A stretch of 64,000 nt of DNA from Octopus bimaculoides (GCF_001194135.2 NC_068992.1:48842412-48906411); one strand, 5' to 3'. Counted from the stretch's first letter, positions 1 to 13,701 are shown. Made by a program: numbers and translations. The notes: generated from the sequence alone by a model not told the origin.

Positions 1-371
1 GTATGTATGTATGTATGTACGTATGTATGCATGTATATACTAGCTGAACCTATCTTGATGCTTCAGGAAGCATTGAACATATAACGATATAACGTTTAAC
101 ATTTTTATGTTTTAATATATTTTTTAAAAAAGAAAAAGTAAAATTTTGTTTTCATTTTATTTACTATTATTTTAAGTTATTGAATTTGTATTTTACAAAA
201 ATATTATTGATAATTTGAAAATTGTTATTGATTTTAGTTTTTACCTAAAGCTAAAACTGATATTAGGATTTCACGACTGCAACTAATTAAAAATTTAGGT
301 TAAACTTGCCTTGATTTGAAAATTGTTTTTTATAGACCCAATTAATTAACCACAATACAATAGAGAAATTG

Positions 372-600
372 TGACAGCTTGGCAGAGTCTTTGGAGCGTC
401 GGAGCGAATATTTTGTATTATTTGGTCTGACTCTTTGCACTCTGATTTTCAAATAGCTGCTGAAGTCAGCATTACCATTCATCCTTCTGGGTTCAGTAAA
501 TCAAATAACAGTCCAGAGTGGCAGATTGGCAGAATTGTTAGAGCGCAGGAAGTGATCTCTTGCGGCTGCATGCGTTCTGTGTTCAAATTCTACCTCCTGA
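372..600 (+). mobile_element. Two highly decayed SINE family B heads
   Basis: TGGCAGAGTC/TGGCAGAATTGTTAG A-box-like starts, TTCAAAT B-box-like remnants and a CATCCTT core resembling better copies at 9885 and 63375. Confidence 0.4.
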
Positions 601-1194
601 GAGGAAAAGATAAAAGACCGTAAGTCTTCTTTGAGAAATTTCGTGCGACACTTAGGAAACAATTCTAAAACTCAAACTAATGGAAACAATTTCTTTGTTT
701 CAATCGGAAGATCATTTGCAATGCTGTAGAGTATATAATCCTTCGAGACCATATTCAGATCTGTGCCCCAATAGCTCTACTAGGTAAAATATAAAAATAA
801 AAAACATTAACAATACGAAGTATATTATAATTTTAACTATTTTATTTCGCCCTTGTCTTCTGGCTTTTTCATTTGGGAGGCATATCATTTCGCTTTTCTT
901 CCTCGCTTGTTTTCTCTCTTTGACGTCAATGTTCGTATCAATTATTGTTATTTCGCATCTACATAACGCTCATTTTGCTTGATGCATTACAAATTCTTCC
1001 TTCCTCTTCCAATTTCTTTGTTGCCTAGCAATTCCAGGAACATATGGCAAAGTCAGTCACGTGTGCATTTCTGATTTGGTTGGATTTTATCTACACTGCA
1101 CTTTCCATTGATTTTCAATTACTTTTTGGTGATAACAAATTTTACCAAACTTTTCGATTATACATACATACATACATNNNNNNNNNNATATATA

Positions 1195-1228
<34 letters not shown>

Positions 1229-1777
1229 CCTATCTATCTGTCTGTCTGTCTATGTGTCTGCATGTCTGCCTGCCTCCTTGTATGTCTGTCTGTCTGTATT
1301 TGCATATATAGTCGTGCACTAACTAATTTATTGGCTTTTGCCAATATGAGGGTTTCTAACGTGGTAACTACCGTAGTATTCTGCCTTCTAACTTAACATT
1401 CATTTTTAAGTGGGGATAAATATTACCCTTTGGTATCAATACTGCTTTTGTTATAATAATATATATATATATATATATACACTCATATATACATATATGT
1501 ATGTATATACATATAATATATACACATACATATATGTGTGTATATAAGTGTATATGTGTGTATGTATGTGTGTATATGTATGTATGTGTATATATATATA
1601 TAAACATATATATATACACATACTCACATAGATATATATATATACAAAAACAGCAATGATAAAAGAAACTAAAATAACACTATGTAACACGATTTTGCCC
1701 CCTGGGTAATAACTGTTACTTCCTATTCGGTTATCCCTTAAATATATCTCGCTCAAACCTTGCTTTTGTTACGTAAT

Positions 1778-1935
1778 TTCAAATCCCAAAGAATCCCTTT
1801 GAATTCATGCTTATGATGCTCCCCCATTACTCCATCTCATCATCAGAGATCTCAGTCACTAATGGACATGCTCAAGTGGTTAAGGTCAAGGAACTGACAA
1901 GCAAATCTCTGATACTGAGTAGAATATTTGCTATG
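1778..1935 (-). mobile_element. Internal fragment of dispersed ~0.6-kb repeat family C
   Basis: Reverse-complement match to 3830-3980 and 6890-7030 (CTGACAAGCAAATCT, GGACATGCTCAA, ATGATGCTCCCCCA). Confidence 0.7.
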
Positions 1936-2135
1936 ACGATATTTCTGCCTCAGCAACTCGACACTGAATCGGTGTGAAATGTAATGGGAAATAGATCAGC
2001 TTCAAAATATTGATGTGCAGGTAGCAAAACAAACTCTGAAGGGAATAGTAGTCATTTCCTTTGGTTTTTAGATAGAAGCGAATAGGAAATAACATTTACT
2101 GACCAAAGACAAAAAAAAAATTATTTTGTCACACA

Positions 2136-2274
2136 GGCGCAGGAGTGGTTGTGTGGTAAGTAGCTTGCTTACGAACCACATGATTCTGGGTTCATTCTAC
2201 TATAGCCCTGGGCCGACCAAAGCCTTGTGAGTGGATTTGGTAGACGGAAACTGAAAGAAGCCCGTCGTATATAT

Positions 2275-2308
<34 letters not shown>

Positions 2309-2530
2309 ATGTGTTTGTGTGACTGTGTTTGTCCCCCCAACATCGCTTGACAACCGATGCTGGTGTGTTTACGTCCCCGTAACTTAGCGGCTCGGCAAAA
2401 GAGACCGATAGAATAAGTACTAGGCTTGCAAAGAATAAGTCCTGGGGTCGATTTGCTCGACTAAAAGGCGGTGCTCCAGCATGGCCGCAGTCAAATGACT
2501 GAAACAAGTAAAAGAGTAAAGAGTAAAGAG
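2136..2530 (+). mobile_element. tRNA-derived SINE family A, near full length, ~35-bp deletion after the B box
   Basis: GGCGCAGGAGTGGTTGTGTGGTAAG head, internal (TA)n/(TG)n, tail GGCGGTGCTCCAGCATGGCCGCAGTCAAATGACTGAAACAAG followed by (GTAAAAGA)n; about 10 copies in the window. Confidence 0.9.
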
Positions 2531-3089
2531 TAATGATTCAAATTTTGGCATAAGGCCAAAGGTGTGTGGAAGAGGCTGAATCCTTTTGCTTCAGTATTTG
2601 GTTTGTCCTTTAGTTTCTTTGATTCCGCCGGACTGAAAGGTAGAATCGATCTTGGAGGAATATGAACTTCGAGGGTAGAGTGCCAGAAGAAATGCTGTTA
2701 AACATTGCATCCAATGTTGAATTGGTTCTGCCCACTCGCCTTCTCAGAAACAATAATAACAACAATGACGTCGAAAACAATAACACATACAATAACAAAA
2801 AATAATAAAAAGCAAACAGTATTTTGAAGAATTGAAGCGAAAATTTAATTTTCTTATTCAAAGACAATAGACAGACAAGAATAAATATCAATAAATAAAC
2901 GTAAATTCGAAGAAAAATCACAAATATGGAATTTATTAAATAAAACAATAATAATTGTGATGAACAAAGAAAAAAAAAATATATGGTAATAATAACAATC
3001 ATAATAATATATCAATTAAAATGATTCAAGTATTTAATAATTAACGGATGGATATTACGTAAATAAAGGAATATTGTTAATGATAGCGC

Positions 3090-3120
<31 letters not shown>

Positions 3121-3748
3121 AATGATGATAATGATGATGATGATGATGATGATNNNNNNNNNNNNNNNNNNNNNNNNNNNNNNNNNNNNNNNNNNNNNNN
3201 NNNNNNNNNNNNNNNNNNNNNNNNNNNNNNNNNNNNNNNNNNNNNNNNNNNNNNNNNNNNNNNNNNNNNNNNNNNNNNNNNNNNNNNNNNNNNNNNNNNN
3301 NNNNNNNNNNNNNNNNNNNNNNNNNNNNNNNNNNNNNNNNNNNNNNNNNNNNNNNNNNNNNNNNNNNNNNNNNNNNNNNNNNNNNNNNNNNNNNNNNNNN
3401 NNNNNNNNNNNNNNNNNNNNNNNNNNNNNNNNNNNNNNNNNNNNNNNNNNNNNNNNNNNNNNNNNNNNNNNNNNNNNNNNNNNNNNNNNNNNNNNNNNNN
3501 NNNNNNNNNNNNNNNNNNNNNNNNNNNNNNNNNNNNNNNNNNNNNNNNNNNNNNNNNNNNNNNNNNNNNNNNNNNNNNNNNNNNNNNNNNNNNNNNNNNN
3601 NNNNNNNNNNNNNNNNNNNNNNNNNNNNNNNNNNNNNNNNNNNNNNNNNNNNNNNNNNNNNNNNNNNNNNNNNNNNNNNNNNNNNNNNNNNNNNNNNNNN
3701 NNNNNNNNNNNNNNNNNNNNNNNNNNNNNNNNNNNNNNNNNNNNNNNN

Positions 3749-4105
3749 GATCTTAATTGATTGGAAGTGTTATCATGTACATTGTTTTGTCTTGGTATAA
3801 AAGATGGGCCACAGCAATTATTCTGCTTAATACCACAGATTTGCTTGTCAGTTGTTTGACCGTAACCAGTTGAGCATGTCCCTTGGTGGCTGACGATATG
3901 TGCATCTCTGATCACGAGCAGAAGTAGTGGGGGAGCATCATAGCCATGTGTTGAGAGAAGTTCTTTGGGGTTTGAATAATTCACCTTTGGAAACATGGGT
4001 GTTTTGCTCAACATCCTTAAACAAACCTTATTCAGGGACCTTTTGAGCGGGATGGGCTACTCGACCTGAACAAAATTCTAACTGGGCCCCCACCTGCGAG
4101 GCATA
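3749..4105 (+). mobile_element. Repeat family C copy (5' end in gap, 3' end truncated by Tx1 relic)
   Basis: High identity to 6820-7145. Confidence 0.85.
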
Positions 4106-4700
4106 CATAAAGTGTTGGAGTATGTATATAATAATGAAATGATGAAAAAAATATACATGCTATACACGTGATGGAAAAGAAGAGACATAAGCATAGCATA
4201 CAAAGGGGAAAAAAGTGGAGGATGATAGAGATGTGGCCATCCTGATACAGGAAAGCCTCTAGGGATAATCGAGATTTCCCTGAAACCCCATGAGCAAATG
4301 TCCTCTCCAATTCCTTCTCTCCGACGCACAGGTCTACAACTTAGAGAGGTACTGTCCACTTTTGCCTTTTTCGCAACTTTCACCCACCTTTTAATAAGCT
4401 CACTCGAGGACAGCACTTCCCTCTCCACTCTCAATTTCCTCTTCGAGTGAAAGCTTGAAAGAATCAATGAGAGTTCTACCAAAGAGGAATGTATCTGTCC
4501 TCATGCCTTTCAGCCTTGTCCACCAAACAACTTATTTCGCCACAGCCATCAGGCTAAGAAAAACTACCTTGCCTGACCGATTGAAGGAGGGCGGCGGTGC
4601 AGTCATCACCACAAACTCCGTCAAGGAGACGAGCTGCGGAAAGATGAGCCTCACAAACGGAGCCCACACGCGCTCAAATCTTCTTCCATTTCTCGCCGAG
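4105..4700 (-). mobile_element. 5'-truncated L1/Tx1-clade LINE: decayed ORF2 C-terminus plus 3' UTR
   Basis: Minus-strand translation FLSLMAVAK*VVWWTRLKG...(frameshift)FHSKRKLRVEREVLSSSELIKRW resembles Tx1-type ORF2 C-termini; contains a stop and a frameshift. Confidence 0.55.
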
Positions 4701-5757
4701 TGTTTTCCGTACACCTAGGGCAGAGAAGCTCATTGTATGCATTCCCAGTTTACACACGCAAATTCACAGGTAAAATATGTATTTAAAAAAATAAATAAAT
4801 AAATAAATTCAAGAATGGATGTTGTTTTCACAGCTATAATTTTCTTCTCATCACATGAGTCATTCCAGTTAACACGATTCTTTTTGCACTTCCTGTAGGG
4901 ATGGTAATGCTGGTATCATTTTCAAATAGGTTTCAGTACCTTTTTTTTTTATCATTCCTAGAGATCCTACAATCACTGGTACGGTAGTCGCCTTGAGGTG
5001 CCACATTTTTTCAATTTCTATTAGCAATCTTTATATTTACTGGTCTTGTCAAATTCTTTCGCCGCTATATTATGATCGCAAGGAATATTCATGTCAATTA
5101 ATAAACACATCTTTGTATGATCTTTTATAATAATATCCGGCTTATTAGCTTTTATAGTTTTGTCGGTATGTACGGGGAAGTCCCAGAGAATCGACACATT
5201 TTCTCCCTCACTCACACCTTCAGGATGGTATTTATACCATTTGTCAGCGGTTTTGATTTTATAATGCCGACATATTGTCCAGTGTAAATACTTGGCGACT
5301 CTGTCATGTCTTGCTTTATATTCTACAGGTGCTATGACTCTACACCCTGAGATAAGGTGGTCTATAGTTTCAATCGCATCGTTACAAAATCGGCATTTTG
5401 TGTCAGCTCCATTTTTTATCACATTGGTTTGATAGTTCCGGGTTAATAAGCTTTGGTCTTGAGCAGCCAATATGAAACCTTCACTCTCTGCTTTTAGCCC
5501 TGAACTTCGTAACCACTGATGCGTGTGTTTCTGGTCGACATCAGCTTGTTTGCTACGAGCCACATACTTGCCATGCAGAGGTTTCTGTTCCCATCTGATA
5601 GCTAATTGTTCATGTGTTTTGTCTTTGCAATTAGTTTTATTTTCTTTGCAGCAGCAGTTGGCGAATTTCCTTCAACCTGATCAATCTGGTAGGTATCTAA
5701 GAGATCAGTAGCGAATGTTTTGCTCTCTTTCAGAATAGAGTGAAGTTCTTTCGGTTT
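4700..5757 (-). mobile_element. 5'-truncated R4/Dong-clade non-LTR retrotransposon (zinc knuckle plus restriction-like endonuclease), frameshifted
   Basis: Joined frames give WEQKPLHGKY...LKAESEGFILAAQDQ...CRFC..ETIDHLISGC...RHD...ILWDF...KPDIIIKD...IDMNIP...KYKDL...MWHLKATTVPVIVGSLG...; frameshifts near 5610 and 5025; 5' junction lies in an (AAT)n tract at 5757. Confidence 0.9.
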
Positions 5758-5764
5758 ATTATTA

Positions 5765-5814
<50 letters not shown>

Positions 5815-5820
5815 TCTAGT

Positions 5821-5858
<38 letters not shown>

Positions 5859-6387
5859 TAGTAGTAGTAGTAGTAGTAGTAGTAGTAGGTGTTAATGTTG
5901 GAATTATTGCGGCCATGTCGTTCATTGCTCCCGATACTCATTCCTTCGTTCCTTTCTAACCTTCTTTCCTTTTCTCCTTCAAATAAGAAACAACGATAAC
6001 CATAACAGCCACCATTATGAGAATCACATCTCACCGCCACCACCATAGCCACGATAGGTTGTAATGAATTTCTGTTGTAAATGTTGAAATAACAATTAAA
6101 AAATAAAGGAAGTGTCTTCTAAATGTGCGGAATATATAACAATTAAAATCTGCTTCTTATAATAGCAATAACAACGACAAATACAACAACAACAACAATA
6201 ATAATAATAACTATAATAATAATAATAATAATGATGATGATGATGATGATGATGATGAAGATAATAATAATGGTAATAATGACAACAACAACAGCAACAA
6301 AGTACTACACTATAAACAAAAGATCTAGGTTAAGTAAGCGTAAGCAAATTTTAATTGAATAGAAGTTGCGGCTTCAACTACAAGGCC

Positions 6388-7245
<858 letters not shown>

Positions 7246-7599
7246 AGTCCTAATTTCGGGCTATTTCTGCCACTCTTCTGTACTAGACATCGTCGCTAGA
7301 AGGTGGTAGGGGTTCGCTTCCCTGCTCGCAATTTATCGGATGCAGTTCTGCATCGTTAACTAGCCAGAGGTGATTTCCTCTTAGGATTAAAAAATCGCAG
7401 TATAGTCCGTACGAACGTACGGCCATGTTGAAGTGGCTACGAATATTACTTGATAGCATAACTGCTGCGTTGATCTCTTGGAGAGATTTTAGAACTAGCA
7501 TTTTTGCTTATCTGTATGTGTGCATATGTGTGTATACATACATACACACATATTTATATATATANNNNNNNNNNNNNNNNNNNNNNNNNNNNNNNNNNN

Positions 7600-7644
<45 letters not shown>

Positions 7645-8467
7645 CACATATATATATTCATATATATATATACATATATACACGCACGCATATAGATATA
7701 TGCACAATATATACACACACTAGCAAAAGTATATAGTTATACCTATATGCGTGTCATTTGGCCTATGTGTGTGTTTGTGTGTGTGCGTGTGTGCGTGCGT
7801 GTGTGTGTGTGTGTGTTATGCGTAATATTGCGTGAATCTATACTTTAAAAAAATTAAGTTAACTATGAAAAACTTTGAGAATTTCATAAAATAAAGACAC
7901 GTTGTGCTGTTACTGGTAGGTCTTTTCGAGGCTGGTTGATCACTCTTCAGGGAAGACGTACTTGCTTTCGTTCCACAATCAATACTGCTGAATATTCAGC
8001 TACTATAATAATGCAATGATGAATTAAATCAACTATTGCCGTAGTAAATAGCTTAATTTTCTTATTTGTCCTTTAAACGACTCGACATTAATTAAACAAT
8101 ATATTTTTATGCACAACAAAGCATGAATCAGCGGAACATTACTAACATGGTGGTCACTCTGCAATTTTTCACGCTTTTCTCTCCCACTCCTTCATTTTCA
8201 CTCTTTCTCTTTCTTTTTTCTCTTCCTTTTTCCATCTCTCCAGCATAGCCACATTTCTTTTCTTTTTTTTTTTTGCCATTTTCACTTTACTTCCAGTAAT
8301 TGTTCAGTCATCAAACATATTCCAATAGAAAATATCGTTTCTTCTTGTTCATCATCATCATCATCATCCTCATCATCTATTACTACTACTTCTATCCACC
8401 ACCTCCTCCCCTTCTGCTTTTCTCCTGTCTCTCCCACCTTCCCTTTCTTCTTCAGCAACAAAATTTT

Positions 8468-8542
<75 letters not shown>

Positions 8543-9451
8543 ATCATTTGTTTCTTTTAAACGCTACACCTCCAGCCAGGTTAATTTCATTTGTGTTTTG
8601 CTCTACATATATTGGTTTTGCTAGAAGGTGAAGAGGAAAAAGGAAAGAATAATAGAAGAGACAGAAAGAGCGAAGGACGTTGAGGATGGTCAAGAAGAAG
8701 AAGAAGAAGAAGAAGAAGAAGAAGAAGAAGAAGAAGANNNNNNNNNNNNNNNNNNNNNNNNNNNNNNNNNNNNNNNNNNNNNNNNNNNNNNNNNNNNNNN
8801 NNNNNNNNNNNNNNNNNNNNNNNNNNNNNNNNNNNNNNNNNNNNNNNNNNNNNNNNNNNNNNNNNNNNNNNNNNNNNNNNNNNNNNNNNNNNNNNNNNNN
8901 NNNNNNNNNNNNNNNNNNNNNNNNNNNNNNNNNNNNNNNNNNNNNNNNNNNNNNNNNNNNNNNNNNNNNNNNNNNNNNNNNNNNNNNNNGTGGAGGTTGT
9001 GGTGATACTGGTGATGGTAGTGATGGTAGTGATGGTGGTGTAGGCACCAATGATGTTTGTGTGACAGTAATGATGATGGTTGTAGTTGTGGTGATGGTAG
9101 TGATGGTGGTGGTAGCGGTGGTAGCGGTGGTGGTGGTGGTAGCGGTGGTAGCGGTGGTAGCGGTGGTAGCGGTGGTAGCGGTGGTGGTGGTGATGATGGT
9201 GATGGTGGTCGTAGTCGTCGTAGCTGTAGTTAGGGTTATGATGATGATGAAGAGAAGGAGAAGGCGGAGGGTAGCGATTGCTAAGAACAACCTCATAGAA
9301 ATGGTACAAAATTTTCGAGTTTTACAGCTTGAATTCATAAATTATTTTCACTCAGATTCATCACGTGGGAAATGTTACAGGCGATAATGAAATGCAAGAA
9401 TGAAATGAAAAGCAAACAAGTCTGCTTGTACAACTAGCTATCATTATTTTA

Positions 9452-9486
<35 letters not shown>

Positions 9487-9496
9487 NNNNNNNNNN

Positions 9497-9535
<39 letters not shown>

Positions 9536-9537
<2 letters not shown>

Positions 9538-9690
9538 AGGTGGCGAACTGTCAGGATCGTTATCACGCCGGGTGAAATGTTTAGCAGTATTTCGTCCGCC
9601 TTTACTATTCTGAGTTCAAATTCCACTAAGGCTGACTTTACCTTTCATGCTTTTGGGGTCGATAAGATAGGCATCAGTAAAACATTGCAA
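9536..9690 (+). mobile_element. SINE family B copy
   Basis: AAGGTGGCGAACTGTCAGGATCGTT...GAGTTCAAATTCC...CTTTCATGCTTTTGGGGTCGATAAG, starting after (ATT)n. Confidence 0.85.
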
Positions 9691-9885
9691 TATCTATAAT
9701 CTTGGTTTTCCTTTCTCTCTCTATCTGCCACAACAATATCTGGTCTCCGAGCCTTGATTAGAGAGCCACATTGGATTGTAAAATCCCACAGTATTTTATA
9801 TTCCTTATTCTCGGTGACTCCACGTTCACGTTCGTACCATTTCCGTGCTCCGTTCAGACCGTACTTTTCACATAGCCTCCAGTGC
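9683..9885 (-). mobile_element. R4/Dong endonuclease-domain fragment (a distinct subfamily)
   Basis: Minus translation HWRLCEKYGLNGARKWYERERGVTENKEYKILWDFTIQCGSLIKARRPDIVVAD, homologous to the RLE domain at 5100-5300. Confidence 0.85.
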
Positions 9886-9990
9886 TGGCAGAATCGTTAG
9901 CACACCGGGCGAAATGTTTAGCTGCATTTCGTCCGTCTGTACGTTCTGAGTTCAAATTCCGCCGAGGTCGATTTTGCCTTTCATCCTGTA
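9885..9990 (+). mobile_element. SINE family B head, 3'-truncated
   Basis: GCTGGCAGAATCGTTAGCACACCGGGCGAAATG...GAGTTCAAATTCCGCCGAGGTCGA. Confidence 0.85.
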
Positions 9991-9996
9991 ATAGAA

Positions 9997-10057
<61 letters not shown>

Positions 10058-10065
<8 letters not shown>

Positions 10066-10200
10066 TGAGAGAGCAGCGCATACCATCAAAGTGACATTAG
10101 GGTAGAAATATACGAAGCCCAATATACCAATCATGTCTGCCCATCTGATAAACGTATACCAGGCACATGCATCACAACCATTTGTGCATGACATTGGACG
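10058..10200 (-). mobile_element. 3' end of repeat family C, ending in (AAT)n
   Basis: rc ends ...GCTGCTCTCTCACTGAATAATAAT; matches 63578-63660. Confidence 0.8.
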
Positions 10201-10204
10201 ATAG

Positions 10205-10425
10205 CACAACTTCAATTCACACCATCCATACAGTGTAAAGAGAGGGATTGCTCAGTGCCTAAAACATCGAGCAAAGAATATAAGCAGCGATCCTGATACA
10301 CAGCACGAAGGAATGATCGAGCTAAGTAACAATCTATTAAGCAACAACTACCCACAAAACATACTATCCACTCCAATTATGAAGAAAAGAGAGTATCAAC
10401 CCTTATCATCCCTTTATGCGTGGTA
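10205..10425 (+). mobile_element. Penelope-like element RT thumb/linker fragment
   Basis: Translation HNFNSHHPYSVKRGIAQCLKHRAKNISSDPDTQHEGMIELSNNLLSNNYPQNIL matches the PLE pattern F.S.HP.S.KRG...CL..RA..I.S......E...L...L..N.YP. Confidence 0.65.
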
Positions 10426-11920
10426 GGTATTCGTATTCTATTTATATACATTTTAGAATGGTAGTTTCAGAACGCTGTTAGTAGTTTTCTAGTTTTCACG
10501 TCTAAGCTTTTCACCGCATATTATATTATTGAATTGTTTAGGTTTGAGACAATTAATTTGCATCTTCTTAAAGTAGCTTTGGGACATTTGCTACGTTCCA
10601 TACTTATGTTTATATTAAAGATGAGTTTAGGATTTTTTTTCTTTTGCTTATAGATTCATATGTGATTTACACTTATTTACAAGAGTCAATACTCGATATA
10701 TGCTGAATATTGTCCCTTATGAATACATTCGCAAAGAGAGGGTGGTTTATAATGTGTCCACACCATCTATAACCAACGAAGGTTTTATTCAGAAAATTTG
10801 TTAACGAAGGCAAAACTAGAGAAAAATAACGAGGTGTCTCTCTAAAATATTCATCTTGTGGATATAAGTCTGATTTTAATAGTCTCTCTTTGACATGACT
10901 TATTTGATGTATTACATTTGTTTTATTTATATGCAGCATCTTCATTATCTAAGAATGTGTCATACTGTCACCAGGTTTTTTTTTTTTTTTTTTTGGTAAT
11001 TTTAATTTCAGTATTAGCCTGTCTTTTACAAAACCCTCTTTCTAACACTATATTTGCTCCTCTGGTGAGATGTTATTGGCTTCTAAGCGAGCAGTCAACT
11101 TGATACGGAGTATAGATGAAAGGATTGTGTATGTTGTTGGTAAATAAATTATAGATCACTAATTTTGCTGTCGTAAGACTGTGTTCATTTTTTTCCCCCG
11201 TTTAAAGAATTACTATTGTTTCTCCTCCTAGTAACCATTCTTAAGTGTTAACAATTATGCTATGTTTAACAACTCATTAAATGTTGTTACAGATTCTTCA
11301 CTGTTGTTTAGATGTTTCAACAAATAACTGAAGAGCCTTTGTCGATCTGGCAGCCTGGCATTTGCTTGCAATCTTTTACTATATTGTCAAGCTGAGTCAC
11401 GCTTGCGGTATTATTACATTTTCTTGCCCTTTCTCTTTTTATTCTTTGTTCTTATTGACAGTACTCAATGCTTTTCGCTCCAAATTTCCAACCAATATTC
11501 TACGAATTCTGTTGCTGATGTTATTGTGGTTGTTGTTGTGTCATCTATTGTTTTGATTTTGTGTTTATTGTTGTTCTCTTTGTTGTTCATGTTCCTGTAA
11601 ATGTGTTATTATTTGTTTCAGATGCCTTGTTCACCTTAGAGAAATGCTTAACTTTCTTGCAGCGTCTTATTCTGTTTTCTTTTATCATTACCATTATTAT
11701 TTAAAGTGCAGTTGTTGTTGTTGTTATTATTATTATTATCATTATTATTTATTAATTAATTAACTAATTAATTAATCTTCCGCTTTTATTTTCTTATCTT
11801 TCTTCTGGCTTCCTTTCCATTTCTCTTCTTCTTTCTACCCTTCAGTCTCTATCATTCATTTTTCTAATTTCTATTCTTCTTCTTCTTCTTCTTCTTCTTC
11901 TTCTTCTTCTTCTTCTTCTT

Positions 11921-11951
<31 letters not shown>

Positions 11952-12397
11952 TCGGTTTTCTTCTCTCCGGTTTTCTTCTTCTGCACTTAATTCTCTCTTC
12001 GTCATCATCTTCACCATCTTTAACGCTGAATTTGCGACGAATACTACTAGCACTGCTGCTTCTCTGACTATTACTACTACCACTAACACCAACAACATCA
12101 CCACTACTATCACTACCACCGCCACAACCACCAACACTACCACTGCCGCAACTAATACTACTACCACTACAAATACTACTGCTATCACCAGCACAGCCAC
12201 CACTACTACCCTACACTACTACCACCACTACTACTACTATTACTACTGTCGCTCTTACCATCACTACTACTGCTGAAAGTGGTTTTGGCTACTAATTTTC
12301 TTCTTGCAACTACGACTTACTTCGTCATAAAATTCGATCAATTCTTCTATCAGAGAATTATCTCTAAAACAGTTGTAGATTTCACCATAAAATCCCC

Positions 12398-12927
12398 TGA
12401 CGTCACTTCACAAATCAATGACATCACTGTTCTGAATGGTTTACCTCATCACTCAACTAATGTTGAAGCTCGTATGCTGAGAACAGATGAGAGAGCTGTT
12501 GTTTCTAGTAAAATTCTTTGTCCAGGGCGGGCATCACATGAAGTAATTTTTACCGACAGAGACGACCGCTGGCTTTCTTGGAATTAATTATTTTTACTGG
12601 GCTTCACGATTCGATAACAATGTCCTTTACCTGTGTTTATTTTTTTCTTTCTTTTAGACAGTGATAAAATTGTAAATATATGTACACCTGTAAATAAATA
12701 AATAAATAACAAGTGACTCGTTTTAAACATAACGATACAAACGACTGACGTCAGCACACTAAATCGCAGTCAGATTTATATTGTCAAAACTACCTAGTGC
12801 TATATTTTACTATACAAAGGAATGAAGTCACCACACAAAGAGGAAAAAACAACTGAAATCATCGTTAAACAAATGGTAGATTTAAGCACATAAACGTTTG
12901 ACGTCATTGCACAAACGAACGACGTCA
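12398..12927. promoter_or_regulatory. Cluster of CRE/ATF palindromes
   Basis: TGACGTCA at 12398-12405, 12746-12753 and 12899-12906; CGACGTCA at 12920-12927; function not shown. Confidence 0.35.
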
Positions 12928-13661
12928 TCACAATAACAGTTAGCTTAGAAGGAATTAAAGCGAGTCTCAAACAGACAGCATTGCACAGAGGAATCACACC
13001 AGCATGCTGACGAGAAAACATCGATTCTTGCCACAGAATGTTTTAACAACAGCAAGGTTCGTTTATTAGGTTATTCTACAAAGACTTTCTTCTTAAGACC
13101 TTATTAAAAAGCTGTACTTGCATGTGTGTGCGTGCATGTATACGCTTGTATAGTAAGCAAGCATGTGTTTGTTCATAGTACATGCATGTGTGGAAGCAAA
13201 TGCATAAAAGCAAGTGTTTGTGCGTGCGTGCATGTGTGTGTGTGTGTGTGTGTGCATGCGTGTATGTATATGCGTGTGTTATTTCCTCCATTGAAGCGAA
13301 ATATCTTGTTGCGTAGGAACATATCACATTTCTGGCGAATGATATTCAATTACTAATTTCCTTGAAAGAAGGCACGTGAAAACATGTAATCTTTCTCATT
13401 GGTAAGCCTTTAATGAGTTTCAAATGCCATTAAAATCTTACACTTAACATCACTTCCAATGAACTCGGAAACCATGAAAATAAAGGAATAACGAAATGTT
13501 ACAGTAAAAAGACGCCATTACTACTCGAGGTTATTCACAGATATCACGCTCTTTTTGGTGGGAAACAACAAATGCTCTAAGTCAATAAAATACATTTCTG
13601 ATACATGCAGTGCAATAATTGAGCAACACAGTGTTGTTGTTGTTGTTGGTGTTGTTTTTGC

Positions 13662-13701
<40 letters not shown>

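Noticed and set aside
3885-3950. CTGACGA within family C copies (also at 6962)
   Set aside because: No helix II followed by GAAA, and no NUH geometry.
7905-7960. Minus-strand CTGAAGA...CGAAA hammerhead-like spacing
   Set aside because: Helix II is limited to one pair and there is no helix I or III.
12279-12587. 102-aa plus-strand ORF in unique sequence
   Set aside because: It starts at GTG, has no recognisable domain and no supporting splice structure; its length is compatible with chance.
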